From Heterodontus francisci (Eukaryota), in contig NC_090399.1 in assembly GCF_036365525.1 (NCBI RefSeq), positions 42,812,430 to 42,876,429 of the forward strand: 64,000 nt of DNA, written 5' to 3'. The stretch's first letter is position 1, and each line of letters starts with the position of its first letter. Both the position numbers and the translations under genes were made by a program. The notes beneath the pieces were generated by a model. It was given only the letters and a program-made list of their open reading frames with translations, made no database searches and was not told the DNA's origin. This document shows positions 1 to 12,199 of this stretch, piece by piece.

Positions 1-809
1 ACTGAGTCACCACATAAATAAATGTGTTTGTGCAGCAACTTAATGTCAGCAGCATATATTCGAATAACTGAAATATATATTCAGAATCGGTGCAATCCGT
101 GTTCTGTTCCTGTAATGTTATAAGAATTCTGAAAAAAACACCAACCACAGAAGTATGAAGTTGCCGGATATGCTGAAGAGTAAAATCACAGACTTCCTTC
201 TGCTCTCCATCTCTGGGTCACTGTGATTCTCTCCCTTGCTCTGACCCCTCAGTCCCTTACGGACTCGAGTGGCCACTAAAATGTATCTGACTGTCAGAGT
301 GTTGAGCAACAGGATTAAAGCGAATGGGATCAATGGGGTTAAAACCAATTCAAACCTGGCATATCTCACCCATCCAGGATCAGTAAAATAGCTTGGCTTT
401 GCAAACCAGAACCACGGTAGATTGTCGATTATCTCTCCAGGTTCATATATAAAGTAGAAGGGGACATTTTTTAAAACTGAGCAGAATACAGGTTGTTGCT
501 AGAACCACAGCCGCAGTTTTCTCGGTACAATATTTTGTTTTCAGCTTCTGGCAACAAATGGCCACAAATCGATCTAAGGTGAAAGTGATGGTGAACCAGA
601 CAGAACAGTCTATGGCTGCACAAAGCAGGAGAAGGATAACACTACACACAGGAATGATCCCTGGAAATAATAATAAATGATCCGCCACAGTATGACCTCA
701 GTGATAATGACCAGTAGATCCGCCGTTGCCATGGCCACCAGGTAGCCAGTGGTGCAGGTGGAGAGGCCGCACTTTCCCCGGGACAGGATCACAATCGCCA
801 GTAAATTAA
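1..809 (-). pseudogene. GPR139/GPR142-like class A GPCR pseudogene, main coding exon (runs off window start)
   Basis: Acceptor ...ctctcttacag at 810-811, then (V)NLLAIVILSRGKCGLSTCTTGYLVAMATADLLVII, ...CSVWFTITFTLDRFVAICCQKLKTKYCTEKTAAVV (DRF at end of TM3), ...LTPLIPFALILLLN...RRKSVILLFSISGNFILLW. The pieces fall in different ORFs (frameshift near 650, further break near 470) and the last ends at a stop at 118-120. Confidence 0.85.
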
Positions 810-1549
810 CTGTAAGAGAGAGAAGGGAAAAGAGACAGGAAATTACTGATCAAACATTCTCCGTGTCTGACCCAGACAGTAAGGGCAGGATTTTAGCACA
901 AAAACAGGGGTCAGAGGTTAAAATATAGAAATCTTAACCCTGATCCCAACTGACCTCCAACCTGCCCACCTCCAGATCGGACTTCACCCCTCCGTGGGAT
1001 CTCACCCTACCACTCCCTGGAGTCAGACACCACCATCACTAGGACCATAACTCCCTGGGATCAGAGTCTCCTCCTTGGATGGGACTCCCCTACAGGCTCG
1101 GACCCGCTCTACCAGGATCAAACCACCTTCCCGTGTTCGGAAGCCCCCGAAAAATCAGGTTTCATCGTGTCTTGGATCAGTCACTCCCCTCGTCCTCCCC
1201 CGACTTGGACCACACTGTAGGAGAGGAGACCACTCCCCGGTGTTGAGGATCGACAGACCAGTGATCGGAGATGTCACCCCTCTCTCCCCCTCTGGAGATG
1301 GTGATTGGACACCCCCCGATATCAGGCATCTCCCCAAAACACCGGAGTCAGCATTTGGACCGCCCTGGTCTTGAGGCCTGCTCCAGAGTCCGCCCTGCCC
1401 GACTGGAGGCCAAGCCTGTCAATCAGGCTGACTTCAGGGTGGGGAACCTGTCAAGGATAAAAGAGGCAGTCTGTGGAGTTAAAACTCTGAAACTCTGCTC
1501 CCCACCTATGTCACTCACCCCTGTTAATATCCAGGAATAAACATTGGCG

Positions 1550-2735
1550 TAAAAACAAAATACTGAAACTGCTGTAAATCTGATAAAAATAGGAGAATAT
1601 TGAAAAAAACTCAGCAGGTCAGGCAGCATCTGTGGAGAGAGAAACAGAGTTAATGTTTCAGGCTGATGGGCTTTCATCAGAACTGGAAGATATTAGAGAT
1701 TAACAGTTTTAAAGCAATCATGTAGTCAGTGAAAAGTGGGGTATAGGGGGAGGAAAGAACAAAAGGGAAGGTCTGTGATCGGGTGGAGGGCAGGAGTGAT
1801 TCAATGATAAAAGGGATGATGGTGCAAGGTGAATGGGACAATTAAAGAAACAGAGGATGGGTCCAGAGGAGGTGTAAATGGTTACAGCAGAATAACAGAG
1901 GAGAAGGTTCCAGGGGCCGGGAAAAGTGATGGAGAATGGTGGGTAGACTCCAGGGGTGTGGACCAGTCTGCCAGCTGTGTACTAATAAGGGATCCTCACC
2001 CAGAGCACCAGCCCACACCCCCTCCACTCCCAGTGACTCTGGTGTAGCCATCCTCCATTACCAGCACAGGCCATCCCAGAAAGTGGGGCCGACGGTTATA
2101 ATCTGAAGTTTTTCATCTCAATGCTGAGTCTGAGAGGCAATAAGATCGCAAATTGAAAAATCCAGTGCTGTTCCTCATTGAAGTTCATTGGAAGGGTGTA
2201 GGTCGTTGGAGATAGAGAGGTCAGAGTGGGAGCGGGATGTAGAATTAAAATGACAAGTGACCAGAAGCTCAGGGTCACACTTGCAGACTGAACAGAGGAG
2301 CTCAGCAAAGCAATCACTCAATCTGTGTTTGCTCCTCTCCCAATGTCCAGGAGATTCCATCGTGAGCAGCGAATACTGCTAATAAATTGAAAGAAGTCCA
2401 AGTAAATCACTGTTTCACCTGGAAGGAATGTTTGGGGCCTTGGACAGTGGGATTGGAGGAGGTAAAAGGGCAGGTGTTACATCTCCTGTGCTTGCACGGG
2501 AAGATGCCTGGGGAAGAGGAGCTGATGTTGGGGGTGAATTAGGAGTGAATCACAATGAATGGGGGGAAGGGAGGGGAGCAGAATATATGTTTGGTGTTGG
2601 ACTTAGCTGGATGTGGCAAAAATGTTGGAGGACGATCTGTTGAATGTGGAAGCTGGTGGGGTGGAAGGTGAGGATAAGGGGAACCTTATTATGGTTCTGG
2701 CAGAGAAGTGGGGGGGGGGGTGCGGGGTGCAGAAA
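1550..2735 (-). mobile_element. Penelope-like retroelement fragment (pLTR plus degraded GIY-YIG/RT C-terminus)
   Basis: Minus-strand ERSKHRLSDCFAELLCSVCKCDPELLVTCHFN is homologous to the GIY-YIG region at 4247-4573. Terminal segment 1550-1700 is homologous to 3699-3810. Confidence 0.75.
1648..1684 (-). ncRNA. Degenerate hammerhead ribozyme motif in Penelope pLTR
   Basis: AGTT-CTGATGA-AAGCCCATCAGCCT-GAAA-CATT-AACT. Core is intact, stem II is eroded. Confidence 0.4.
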
Positions 2736-2839
2736 GATCCAATTGAGAGTAGAGTTATTACAGAGGAAGAACGTAATAAAATACCTGAAGATATTGATAA
2801 TAACAAATAAACTTGCACAATGGAAATTTAAATAGTAAA

Positions 2840-3220
2840 TGAATTTGAGTCGAGCTAAATGTGAGGTGCTGAATTTTGGTCAGAAGAATAAGGTTCCCCA
2901 ATATACCTTGGAAAATAAGCATCTGAAATGGGGTCAAGGGGACAGGGGTTCAGGAGGACAGATTCCCAAATCATTTTTCACAAATCATTTAAAGTAGCAA
3001 CACAGGTTAACAGGGTCATAAAAATACAAACAAAGCACTGGAGTTCATTTCTAGAGGAATGGAATTGAAAAAGCAAAGAGCTGATATTAAACCAATTTTG
3101 AACCTTAGTTATACAACACTTAGCCTATTGTGTACAGTTCTGGTCTCCATATTACAAAAAGAATATTGATGCACTGGAGAAGTTGCAATTATTTTAACCA
3201 GAGTGATACCAGAACTGAGA
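2840..3220 (+). mobile_element. Degraded CR1 LINE ORF2 3' fragment
   Basis: aaatgtgaggtgctgaattttggtcagaagaataagg and tattgtgtacagttctggtctcc (KCEV..FG.KN; YCVQFWSP), as in other CR1 copies in the window. Confidence 0.6.
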
Positions 3221-3698
3221 GAAGTGTAGTATTTATTTAATCATTAACAGTTTACTAATGTTATTATTTACTTCTCTCCATCTGATGTCTGGAAAATGAA
3301 ACCCTGATATATCTGTTCCTCAGTTATAGGTGTCTCTCCTCACAGGGACACACCTCACTGAGCTAAGGGCAGAGATTGGTAGAGGTTACATATGTCGAGA
3401 CTCTGAATCATAGATAAGAACTGATCTGTCAAACCATAATCAGTTACAGAAGTGAATGATTCAATAAACACAGCCCAATATTCATCCTGTGTAATAGACA
3501 GATAATAAAATTCAACATTCATGACCCACAGATTCTCAGGACTTTGTTGGGGAAAGGGATTAATCATCAATAAAATAATTCAAGTGTTTACAGTAACTAT
3601 ACTCAGAATAAGAAAGTTCATTATACAGAGGATTAGAATGTTGTAACAGTGCTGTCCTGCTGTTTCACTGTCAGTAAGTAGTTAACATCTGTTTCTGA

Positions 3699-5220
3699 AA
3701 TAAAAACATGAAATGCTGGAAATACTCAGCACGTCTGGCAGCATCTGTGGAGAGAGAAGCAGAGTTAATGTTTCAGGTCAGTGACCCTTCATCAGAACTG
3801 GTAAAGGTTAGAAATGTAATAGGTTTTAAGCAAATAAAGTGGAGGTGGGGCAAGAGATAACAAAAGAGAAAGCGTTGATTGTGACCTTGTCCTGAGAATA
3901 ACTGACCAGAAGGTCATGGAGCAAAGGCAAAGGAGTTAACGGTGTGCTGAAAGACAAAGCGTTAGTGCAGAGAGCGTGTTAATGGACAAAATAATGAACA
4001 GCCCTGGCCCAAAGCACAAACATGTAGAAAACAGTGGACAGGCGCATGGTAAGAAAAATGAACAATGAAAGAAACTAAAATAAAATAAAATAAAATGGAA
4101 AAAAAAGAAAAAAAACTGAAAATTAAAAGGGAGCCCGTTATGCTCTGAAATTATTGAACTCAATGTTCAGTCCTGCATGATATAGCGTGCCTAAATCAAT
4201 AAATGAGCTGCTGTTCCTCGAGCTTGTGTTAATGTTCACTGGAACACTACAGCAAGCCCAGGACAGAGATGTGAGCATGAGAGCAGGGGGGAGTGTTGAA
4301 ATGGCAAGCAACTGGAAGCTCAGGGTCATGCTTGCGGACGGAGCGAAGGTGTTCCGCAAAGCGGTCACCCAATCTGCGTTTGGTCTCCCCAATGTAGAGG
4401 AGACCACATTGTGAGCAGCGAATACAGTATACTAAATTGAAAGTAGTACAAGTAAATCGCTGCTTCAACTGAAAGGCATGTTTGGGGCCTTGGATAGTGA
4501 GGAGAGAGGAAGTAAAATTAAAGGTATTACACCTCCTGTGATTGCAGGGGAAGGTGCCGTGGAAAGGGGACAAGGTGTCAGAGGTAATGAAGGAGTGAAC
4601 CAGGGTGTTATGGAGGGAACGATCTCTTTGGAATGCCGACAGGGGAGGGAAGGGGAAGATGTGTTTGGTTGTGGCATCACACTGGAGGTGGCGGAAATGG
4701 TGGAGGATGTGGAGGCTGGTGGGGTGGAAAGTGAGGACAAGGGGAACCCTGTCGTGGTTCTGGGAGGGAGGGGAAGGGGTGAGGGGAGGGGTGTGGAAAA
4801 TGGGCCGGACACGGTTGAGGGTCCTGTCAACAACAGTGGGGGGAAATTCTCAGTTGAGGAAAAAGGAAGACATCAGAAGCGCTGATGTTGTGGAAGTTTG
4901 CATCATCAGAGCAGATGCGTCGGAGACGGAGAAACTGGGAGAATGGAATGGAGCCCTTACAGGAGGCAGGGTGTGAAGAAGTGTAGTCAAGGTAGCCGTG
5001 GGAGTTAGTGGGCTTATAATGAATATTAGTAGACAGCCTATCCCCAGAGATGGAGACAGAGAAGTCGAGGAAAGGAAGGGAAGGGAAGGGAAGTGTCAGA
5101 GATGGGCCATGTAAAGGTGAGAGAAGGGTGGAAACTGGAAGCAAAGTTGATAAAGTTTTCCAGTCCGGGACAGGAGCAGGAAACAGCACCGATACAGTCA
5201 TCAATATACTGGAAAAAGAG
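3699..5220 (-). mobile_element. Penelope-like retroelement (RT C-terminus, GIY-YIG endonuclease, pLTR)
   Basis: FLDFSVSISGDRLSTNIHYKPTNSHGYLDYTSSHPASCKGSIPFSQFLRLRRICS (PLE RT thumb) and CTTFNLVYCIRCSQCGLLYIGETKRRLGDRFAEH (GIY-YIG). Frameshifted. Confidence 0.88.
3763..3799 (-). ncRNA. Minimal type I hammerhead ribozyme motif in Penelope pLTR
   Basis: Minus strand AGTT-CTGATGA-AGGGTCACTGACCT-GAAA-CATT-AACT: helix I AGTT/AACT, CUGANGA and GAAA core, stem II GGTC/GACC. Confidence 0.6.
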
Positions 5221-5288
5221 TCACTGAATAAAACCAGAGACCAGCTCGCACACAGATTTACACAACTTCAATGGCTATAGTCACTTAC

Positions 5289-5355
5289 CAGGAACACCAA
5301 TGACAGCAAGAATTGGGTAATATATTTTCATGATACTGTCAATAGGAAGATACAT
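5289..5355 (-). pseudogene. First coding exon of the GPR139/142-like pseudogene
   Basis: ATG at 5355-5353, MYLPIDSIMKIYYPILAVIGVP-G|gtaag (donor 5288-5284). Phase 1 joins in frame to the exon at 809 (G+TT=Val), giving TM1 YYPILAVIGVPVNLLAIVIL. Confidence 0.85.
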
Positions 5356-5649
5356 TTTCTGTGTGAAGTGATGTGTCCCTTTGTACTGCAGACAATCTCT
5401 CTGTATTAAACTCTGAGGCGACATTTTTCAAACTTTTTTTTAATTGAACAGATACATCAAGTTCAGTCCGTGTATATTTATATTTTTGATTTCTGAGATT
5501 GAATTGGAAAACTCCAAAGACTGGACAATTCTGATCACATTAAATAACTAATGAAAATTTGAAGCTGTATTCTCCAGCAATGAGGTTGTTCTTTCAAACA
5601 CCATCAGTCCCATCTCTAGATCTCATGTTGTTTCAGTGATGTCCTTCAC

Positions 5650-5807
5650 TCGACTGTGGTTCGGGTGGTGAAGAGCAGATTGTGGCCATTGTCCATCTGG
5701 GCCTTGAGCTGCAGGCTCTCATTGTAAAGCACAGTGAACTGGGACTGCAGTCAGTGAAACTCTGGGGAGTCCTTCACCATCTCACTGGCAAGAGTCTTCA
5801 GCTGTTC
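5650..5807 (-). pseudogene. Isolated pseudo-exon of BRE1 E3 ligase (RNF20/RNF40 family)
   Basis: After a pyrimidine tract and AG (5809-5808) it reads EQLKTLASEMVKDSPEFH*LQSQFTVLYNESLQLKAQMDNGHNLLFTTR. This matches, from memory, the RNF20/40 coiled-coil segment VKETPEY..MQSQFSVLYNESLQLKA.LD. One in-frame TGA. Confidence 0.75.
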
Positions 5808-5964
5808 CTAGGGAGGGGAGAGTGGGGAGGAGACACAGGACAAGGACAGGGTTAACCAGAGAGAGAGAGATTCACTGTCCTACACCTTGCCTGCCCAGAG
5901 TAAACACAGGAACAGGAGGAGGCCACTCAGCCCCTCAAGCCTGTTACAGAGTGTTAGGAAATCG

Positions 5965-8835
5965 TACGAACATACAAATTAGGAGCAGGAGTAGGACACA
6001 TGGCCTATCGAGCCTGCTCTGCCTTTCAATAAATTCATGGCTGAACTGATTACTCCACATTTCCACCTACCCTCGATAACCTTACACCTCCTTTCTTATC
6101 AAGAATCTATCCACCTCTGCCTTAAAAATATTCAAAGACTCTGCTTCTACCACCTTTTGAGGAAGAGAATTCCAAAAACTCACAACGCTCTGCGAGAAAA
6201 AAATTCTCCTCATCTCTGTTTTAAACAGTGACCCCTGGTTCTCGATTCTTCCACAAGGGGAAACATCCTTTCCACATCCACCCTGTCAAGACGCCTCAGG
6301 ATCTTGTATGTTTCAATCAAGTCACCTCTTACTCTTCTAAATTCCAGAGGATACAAGCCTAGCCTGTCCAATCTTTCCTTGTAAGACAGCCCACCCATTC
6401 CAGGTATTAGCCTAATAAACCATCTCTGTACTGCCTCCAATGCATTTACATTCTTCCTTAAATAAGGAGACTAGTACTGTACACAGTATTCCAGATGTGG
6501 TCTCACCAATGCCCTGTATAGCTGAAGCATAACCTCCCTACTTTTGTATTCAATTCCCCTCGTGATAAACAATAACATTCTATGAGGTTACGTGCTGTAC
6601 CTGCATACGAACACTTTGTGATTCATGCACTAGGACACCCAGATCCCTCTGCATCTCTGAGCTCTGCAATCTCTCACCATTTAGATAAATGCTTCTTTTT
6701 TATTCTTCCTGCCAAAGTGGACAATTTCCCACTTTCCCACATTGTACTCCATTTGCCAGGTTTTTGCCCACTCATTTAATCTATCTATATCCCTTTGTAA
6801 CCTCCTTATGTCCTCTTCACAAGTTACTTTCCTACCTATCTTTGTGTCATCAGCAAATTTAGCAACCATACCTTCAGCCCCTTCTTCTACGTCATTTAGA
6901 TAAATTGTAAAAAGTTGAGGCCTCAGCACAGATCCCTGTGGCACACCACTCGTTACATCTTGCCAACCAGAAAATTACCCATTTATGCCTATTCTGTTTC
7001 CTGTTCGCTAACCAATCTTGTATCCATTCCAATATGTTACCCCCTACTCTATGAGATTTTATTTTCTGCAATAACCTTTGATGCGGCATCTTTTCAAATG
7101 CCTTCTGGAAATCTAAACACAATACATCCACAGCACATGTAACTCCCTCAGAGAACTCCAATAATTTGGTTAAGCATGATTTCCCTTTCACAAAACCATG
7201 TTGACTCTGCCTGATTACCTTGAATTTTTCTAAATGCCCTGTTATAATGTCTTTAATAATAGCTTCTAATATTTTCCCTATGACAGATGTTAAGCTAACT
7301 GGCCTGTAGTTTCCTGCTTTCTGTCTCCCTCCCTTTTTGAATAAAGGAGTTACATTCGCTATTTTCCAACTAATGGAACTTTCTCCAAATCTATGGAATT
7401 TTGGAAAATTAAAACTAACCCATCAACTATCTCACTAGCCACTTCTTTTCAGATCTTAGAATGAAGTGCATCAGGACCAGGGGCCTCGTCAGCTCACAGC
7501 TCCTACAATTTGTTCAGTACCACTTCCCTAGTGATCGTAATTTTCTTGAGTTCCTCCCTCCCTTTTATTTCCTGACTGACAGCTAATACTGGGATGTTAC
7601 TTGTATCCTCAATAGTGAAGATTGATGCAAAATACCTGTTCAATTCATCTGCCATCTCCTTATTATCCAATATTAATTCCCCAGACTCACTTTCTATAGG
7701 ACCAATGCTCACTTTTTTAAACTTTTTTTTTGCTATCCATAGAAACTCTTACTATCTGTCATTATATTTCCAGTTAACTTTCTCTCATACTCTAATTTTA
7801 GCTTCCTTATCAATCTTTTAGTCATTCTTTGCTGTTTTTTTTATATTCTGTCCAATCTTCTGACCTGCCTCCCTCCCATCTTTGCACAATTATAGGCTTT
7901 TTCTTTAAGTTTGATACTATCTTTAACTGTTTTAGCTAACTACGGATGGCAGGTCTCACCCTTGAAATTTTTCTTTCTCATTGGAATGTATCTATTCTGT
8001 ATATTCTGAAATATCTCCTTAAATGTCTACCACTGCCTCTCTATTGACCTATCCCTTAACCTGATTTACCAGTTCACTTTAGCTAGTTCTGCTTTCATGC
8101 CCTCGTAAATGTCCTTATTTAAGTTTAAAATACTAGTCTCATACCCACTCTTCCCTCCCTCAAACTGAATATAAAATTCAATCATATTATGATCACTGCT
8201 ACCTAGGGGCGCCTTAACTATGAGGTTATTAATTAATCCTATCTTGTTGCACAATACCAGGTCTAGTATAGCCTGTTCTCTGGTTGGTTCCAGAATGTTT
8301 TGTTCCAAGAATCTATCCTGAAAACGTTCTATGTACTTCTCATCTAGGCTACCTCTGCGCATCTGATTTTTCCAGTCTAAATGCAGGTTAAAATCCCCCA
8401 TAATTATCGCTGTACCTTTCTGACAAGCTGCCAATATTTCTTCCTTTATGCCCTATCCTACAGTGTGCTTAATGTTAGGTGACCTGTACACCACTCCCAC
8501 AAGTGACTTCTTGTCTTTATGATTTCTCATCTCTACCCAAACTGCTTCTACATCCAAGTCTCCTGAACTTAAGTCATCTCTCTTAATTGCGCTAATCCCA
8601 TCATTAATTAACAGAGCTACCCCTCCACCTTTTCCTAGCTTCCTGTCCTTCCTAAATGTCATGTATCCTTCAATATTCAGGTCCCAATCTATGTCGTCCT
8701 GCAGCCATGTCTCTGTAATGGCTATCAGATTTACTTATTTACTTATTTCTATTTGTGCTCTCAGTTCATCTGTTTTGTTTTGAATGCTACTTGCATTCAG
8801 ATACAGAGCCTTTAGTTGTGTCCTTTTATTATTTT
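5965..8835 (-). mobile_element. CR1 LINE, degraded ORF2 (APE endonuclease plus RT) with 3' tail
   Basis: FRKDRKLGKGGGVALL, VGVVYRSP, IIMGDFN, LDLVLCN..SDHN (EN). KSCLTKLLEF, PQGSVL.PQLF.IYLND..KFADDTK (RT). RVRGDLIETYKI. Many stops and frameshifts. Confidence 0.9.
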
Positions 8836-10150
8836 TGTAACCTCTAGCTTTATCCTTTAGGAACATAGGAAAATAGGAACAGGAGTAGGCCATTCAGCCC
8901 ATCGAGCCTGCCCTGCCATTCAATATGATCATCGCTGATCATCCACTTCATTGCCTTTTCCACACTATCCCCATATCCCCTTATGTCATTTGTATTTAGC
9001 AATCTGTCAATCTCTGCTTTAAACATACTGAATGACTGAGCTTCCACAGCCCTCTGGGGTAGAGAATTCCAAAGATTCAAAACGCTCTGAGGACAGAAAT
9101 TTCTCCTCATCTCAGTCCTAAGTGGCTTCCCCCTTATTTTGAAATTGTGTCCCCTGGTTCTAGACTCCCCAACCAAGGGAAACATCTCATCTATCGCTTT
9201 AAGTATTTTGTAGGTTTCAATGAGATCACCTCTCATTCTTAGAAACTCTAGAGAATACTGGCTCAGTTTCCCAATCTCTCTTCATAGGACAGTCCTGCCA
9301 TCCTGGGAACAAGTCTGGTGAATCTTTGTTGCACTCCCTCTATAGTAATAATATCCTTCCTAAGGTAAGGGGACCAAAACTGCACACAGTACTCCAGGTG
9401 CAGTCTAACCAAGGTTCTATACAATTGAAGAAAGAATTCACTACTCCTGCACTGAAATCCTCTTGTGATAAAGGTTAACATACCATTAGCCTTCCTAATT
9501 GCTTGCCACACCTGCATGTGAGCTTTCAGTGACATATTGACAAAGACACCCAGATCCCTTTGTAAATCTACACTTTCTAATCTATCATTTAAGAAATACT
9601 CTGCACATCTATATTCCTCCTAACAAAGTGGATAACCTCACATTTTTCCACATTATATTCCATCTGCCACGTTCTTGCTCACTCACGAAGTCTGTTCAAA
9701 TCTCCTTGAAGCCGCTTTGCATCTTCCTCACGACACATATTCCCACCTAGTTTTGTGTCATCCATGAACTTGGAAATACTACATTTTGTCCCCACATCCA
9801 AATCATTATTATACATTGTGAACAGCTGGGGCTCAAGCACTGACCCCTGTGGTATCCCACTAGTCACAGCCTGCCAACGAAAGAATGACCCGTTTATTCC
9901 TACTCTCTGTTTTCTGCCTGTTAACCAATCCTTAATCCATGCTTAATCCTGATCGCCATATATTACCTCCTATCCCATGTGCTGTAATTTTGCAAACCAA
10001 TCTCCTGTGGGGGACTTTATCAAAAGCCTTCTGAAAATCCAAATATACCATGTCCACTGACTCGCCTTTATCAATTCTGTTAGTAACATCCTCAAAAAAC
10101 TCCAACAGGTTCTTCAAACATGATTTCCCATTCATAAATCCATGTTGACA
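8836..10150 (-). mobile_element. Second CR1 LINE, 5'-truncated RT and 3' tail
   Basis: KSCLKNLLEFFEDVT, GIPQGSVLEPQLF..KFMDDTKLGG, LEYCVQFWSPYLRKD, RGDLIETYKI. Tail ggaacataggaaaatagg near 8860. Confidence 0.88.
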
Positions 10151-11689
10151 ATGCCAAATAAATCAAACACAATGAAATGATTCCTCATGATTCAGGCTCA
10201 AGTGTGCTGTCCGAATGCAAGTTTGTCATTCAGACACCAATACTAACAAAACTATCAATGCAAATAACTATTACCGTTATACAATAGATTCATACAATCT
10301 ATTTCTTGCAACCCGAAGATGATAAAAACTTGTAGAAGTTATCCCTTTGATTGTCCTATGTGCTCTCCTGATGTTGTCCCTCCAGCTGACTTGTGTGTTC
10401 TCCCTCCAACAAAGGGCTGTCTCCTGATATTTCTGCACCCTTTTTTTGTGAGTTCTATTACATGGTGCTCAGAATGTTTATTGAAGTGAGTCCCTACTTT
10501 ACAAAGTGTCCTGGATGTCCTAAACAATCCCAAATAGTTAAGTGATACTGCTTGGGTGCTTCCATTGTTCTGGGTAATATCCGATACTCGCACCTTGACA
10601 TGGGATGTAGCCAACATGTCTGATATAGTTGCTACTTACATTGTTCTGATTAATCTCGGTTAACCAAAATCCAAATTCCGATAATCAGATTATCAGCTCA
10701 CGTAAATTCAAACATTCCCCCCCATGAACCTTAGTTGTCAAACTCTGGTTCATTGATTTTGAGTACAGCTCTCAGCCTGATCAACTTGAGTCTACAAACT
10801 TACCAATTACACAGCACCAACTTATCTACTAATAATTTTACAGACTCTACTAATGGTGTGTGAGCTTTTTATACTCATGGGGATCCTCCAAAAGGCCCCT
10901 ATAAGTAGGCAGGTCTTGCCGGACCTGCAGCTGATCCACCAACCGCCGACGCACGCTGTTCATATGTATCCAAGCAATAATAGTCATAGAGTCATCTAGT
11001 TATACAGCACTGAAACAGGCCCTACAGCCCATCGTGTCTGTGCCAGCCATCATCAACCTATCTATTCTAATCTCATTTTCCAGCACTTGGCCCGTAAACA
11101 TGTCCAGCCAAGTAGCTGTGAAACGGGACAAGTGCATATCAATCTCATTAAGTGGTCATTGCTGATAAATACACAGCAAAGAATCATGAATCTGGAGCCC
11201 CTTGAATGACAATGAAAATGACCTAAACCAGGCTCAAGGTACCATCATGGAAGGGCAGTTAGGTAACGACTGACCAATCAGATGAACAGACATCAGGGCT
11301 TTCCTAATATGGCACAGAACCAAGCTGGGAAAATGTATAAAGAAAGAGCTTTTAAGATCCCAAATGTACGCATCATCATCAAGAAGAGAAGATAGAAAAT
11401 CAACCTCAAACAAGGGACAAGTTAACTGGAGGTTGAGGACCAGTGTTCCATCATGAACACAACTGCTGACCACTGCCCTTTGCTAAGTATCACGATTTTG
11501 TGCTTATTGAGGAAAACTTAATAAAGTCTGTGAAGCCTGTGAAAGCACCCTCGTAACCATGTGGTTTTGTAGCTAATCTGAGCTGGAAGTCCCTTTTAGA
11601 TCAACTGTCCCAACTGAGACTGTAATTGTAATTGAGCCAAGTCTTACAATTAAATTAAAGCAAACCCTAGATCTTACAAGAACCCTTCC

Positions 11690-11837
11690 CATCCCAAACA
11701 TTAGGAAAACCCATCAATCCCACTCCCCAAACACAAGCAAAACCCATCAGTCCCACAAACACCAGCAGCAAAACCCATCAAACCCACTCCCCAAATACAA
11801 GCAAAACCCATCAGACCCCAAACACCAGCAAAACCCA
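11690..11837. repeat. Minisatellite (~28-31 bp, caaacaccagcaaaacccatcagacccc), segment 1
   Basis: Degenerate tandem copies, same unit as 14258-14458 and 20625-20700. Confidence 0.75.
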
Positions 11838-12196
11838 TGTTACAACCAGTTGCGAAAGGTGTCTAGGGGTCTGTTACTATCTTCACCTGGTCTTATTGTA
11901 ACAGGGTTTAATTTTAAACAAAGTGTTTTGAGCTCCCCCTTTGTGAATCCTTGTTCTCAGTTTTCCAATAACACAACAGAGAAACCAATTCACACAGGCT
12001 TTCTCAAGTTTAAAGAAGAAAGATGAAATGTCATCAAACCATAAAACTTAAACTATAATACGGTTCACGCCTACGGATATAAAACATGCCCACACTGGCA
12101 TGAACATACGATACACACATGCAAATAGGGAGACTAAAGAGAAGAAAAGATAAGGTGGAACAGTTTGAAGCAATATCTTGTTCCAGTGCTGTAACA
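11838..12196. mobile_element. Truncated LTR-like element (same family as 33106-34024)
   Basis: Starts TGTTACAACCAG..gtgtctaggggtctgttactatcttcacctggtcttattg and is colinear with 33106 onward for about 350 bp. Confidence 0.65.
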
Positions 12197-12199
12197 ATC

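Noticed and set aside
950-1540. C-rich region with several 60-99 aa ORFs in the GPCR intron
   Set aside because: Degenerate low-complexity sequence with no recognisable domain or splice structure.
10150-11690. Possible LTR-retroelement remnants (PPT-like G run at ~10717-10723 on minus, AATAAA at 11520, 92-aa ORF)
   Set aside because: No TSD, paired termini or diagnostic protein motif could be established by eye.
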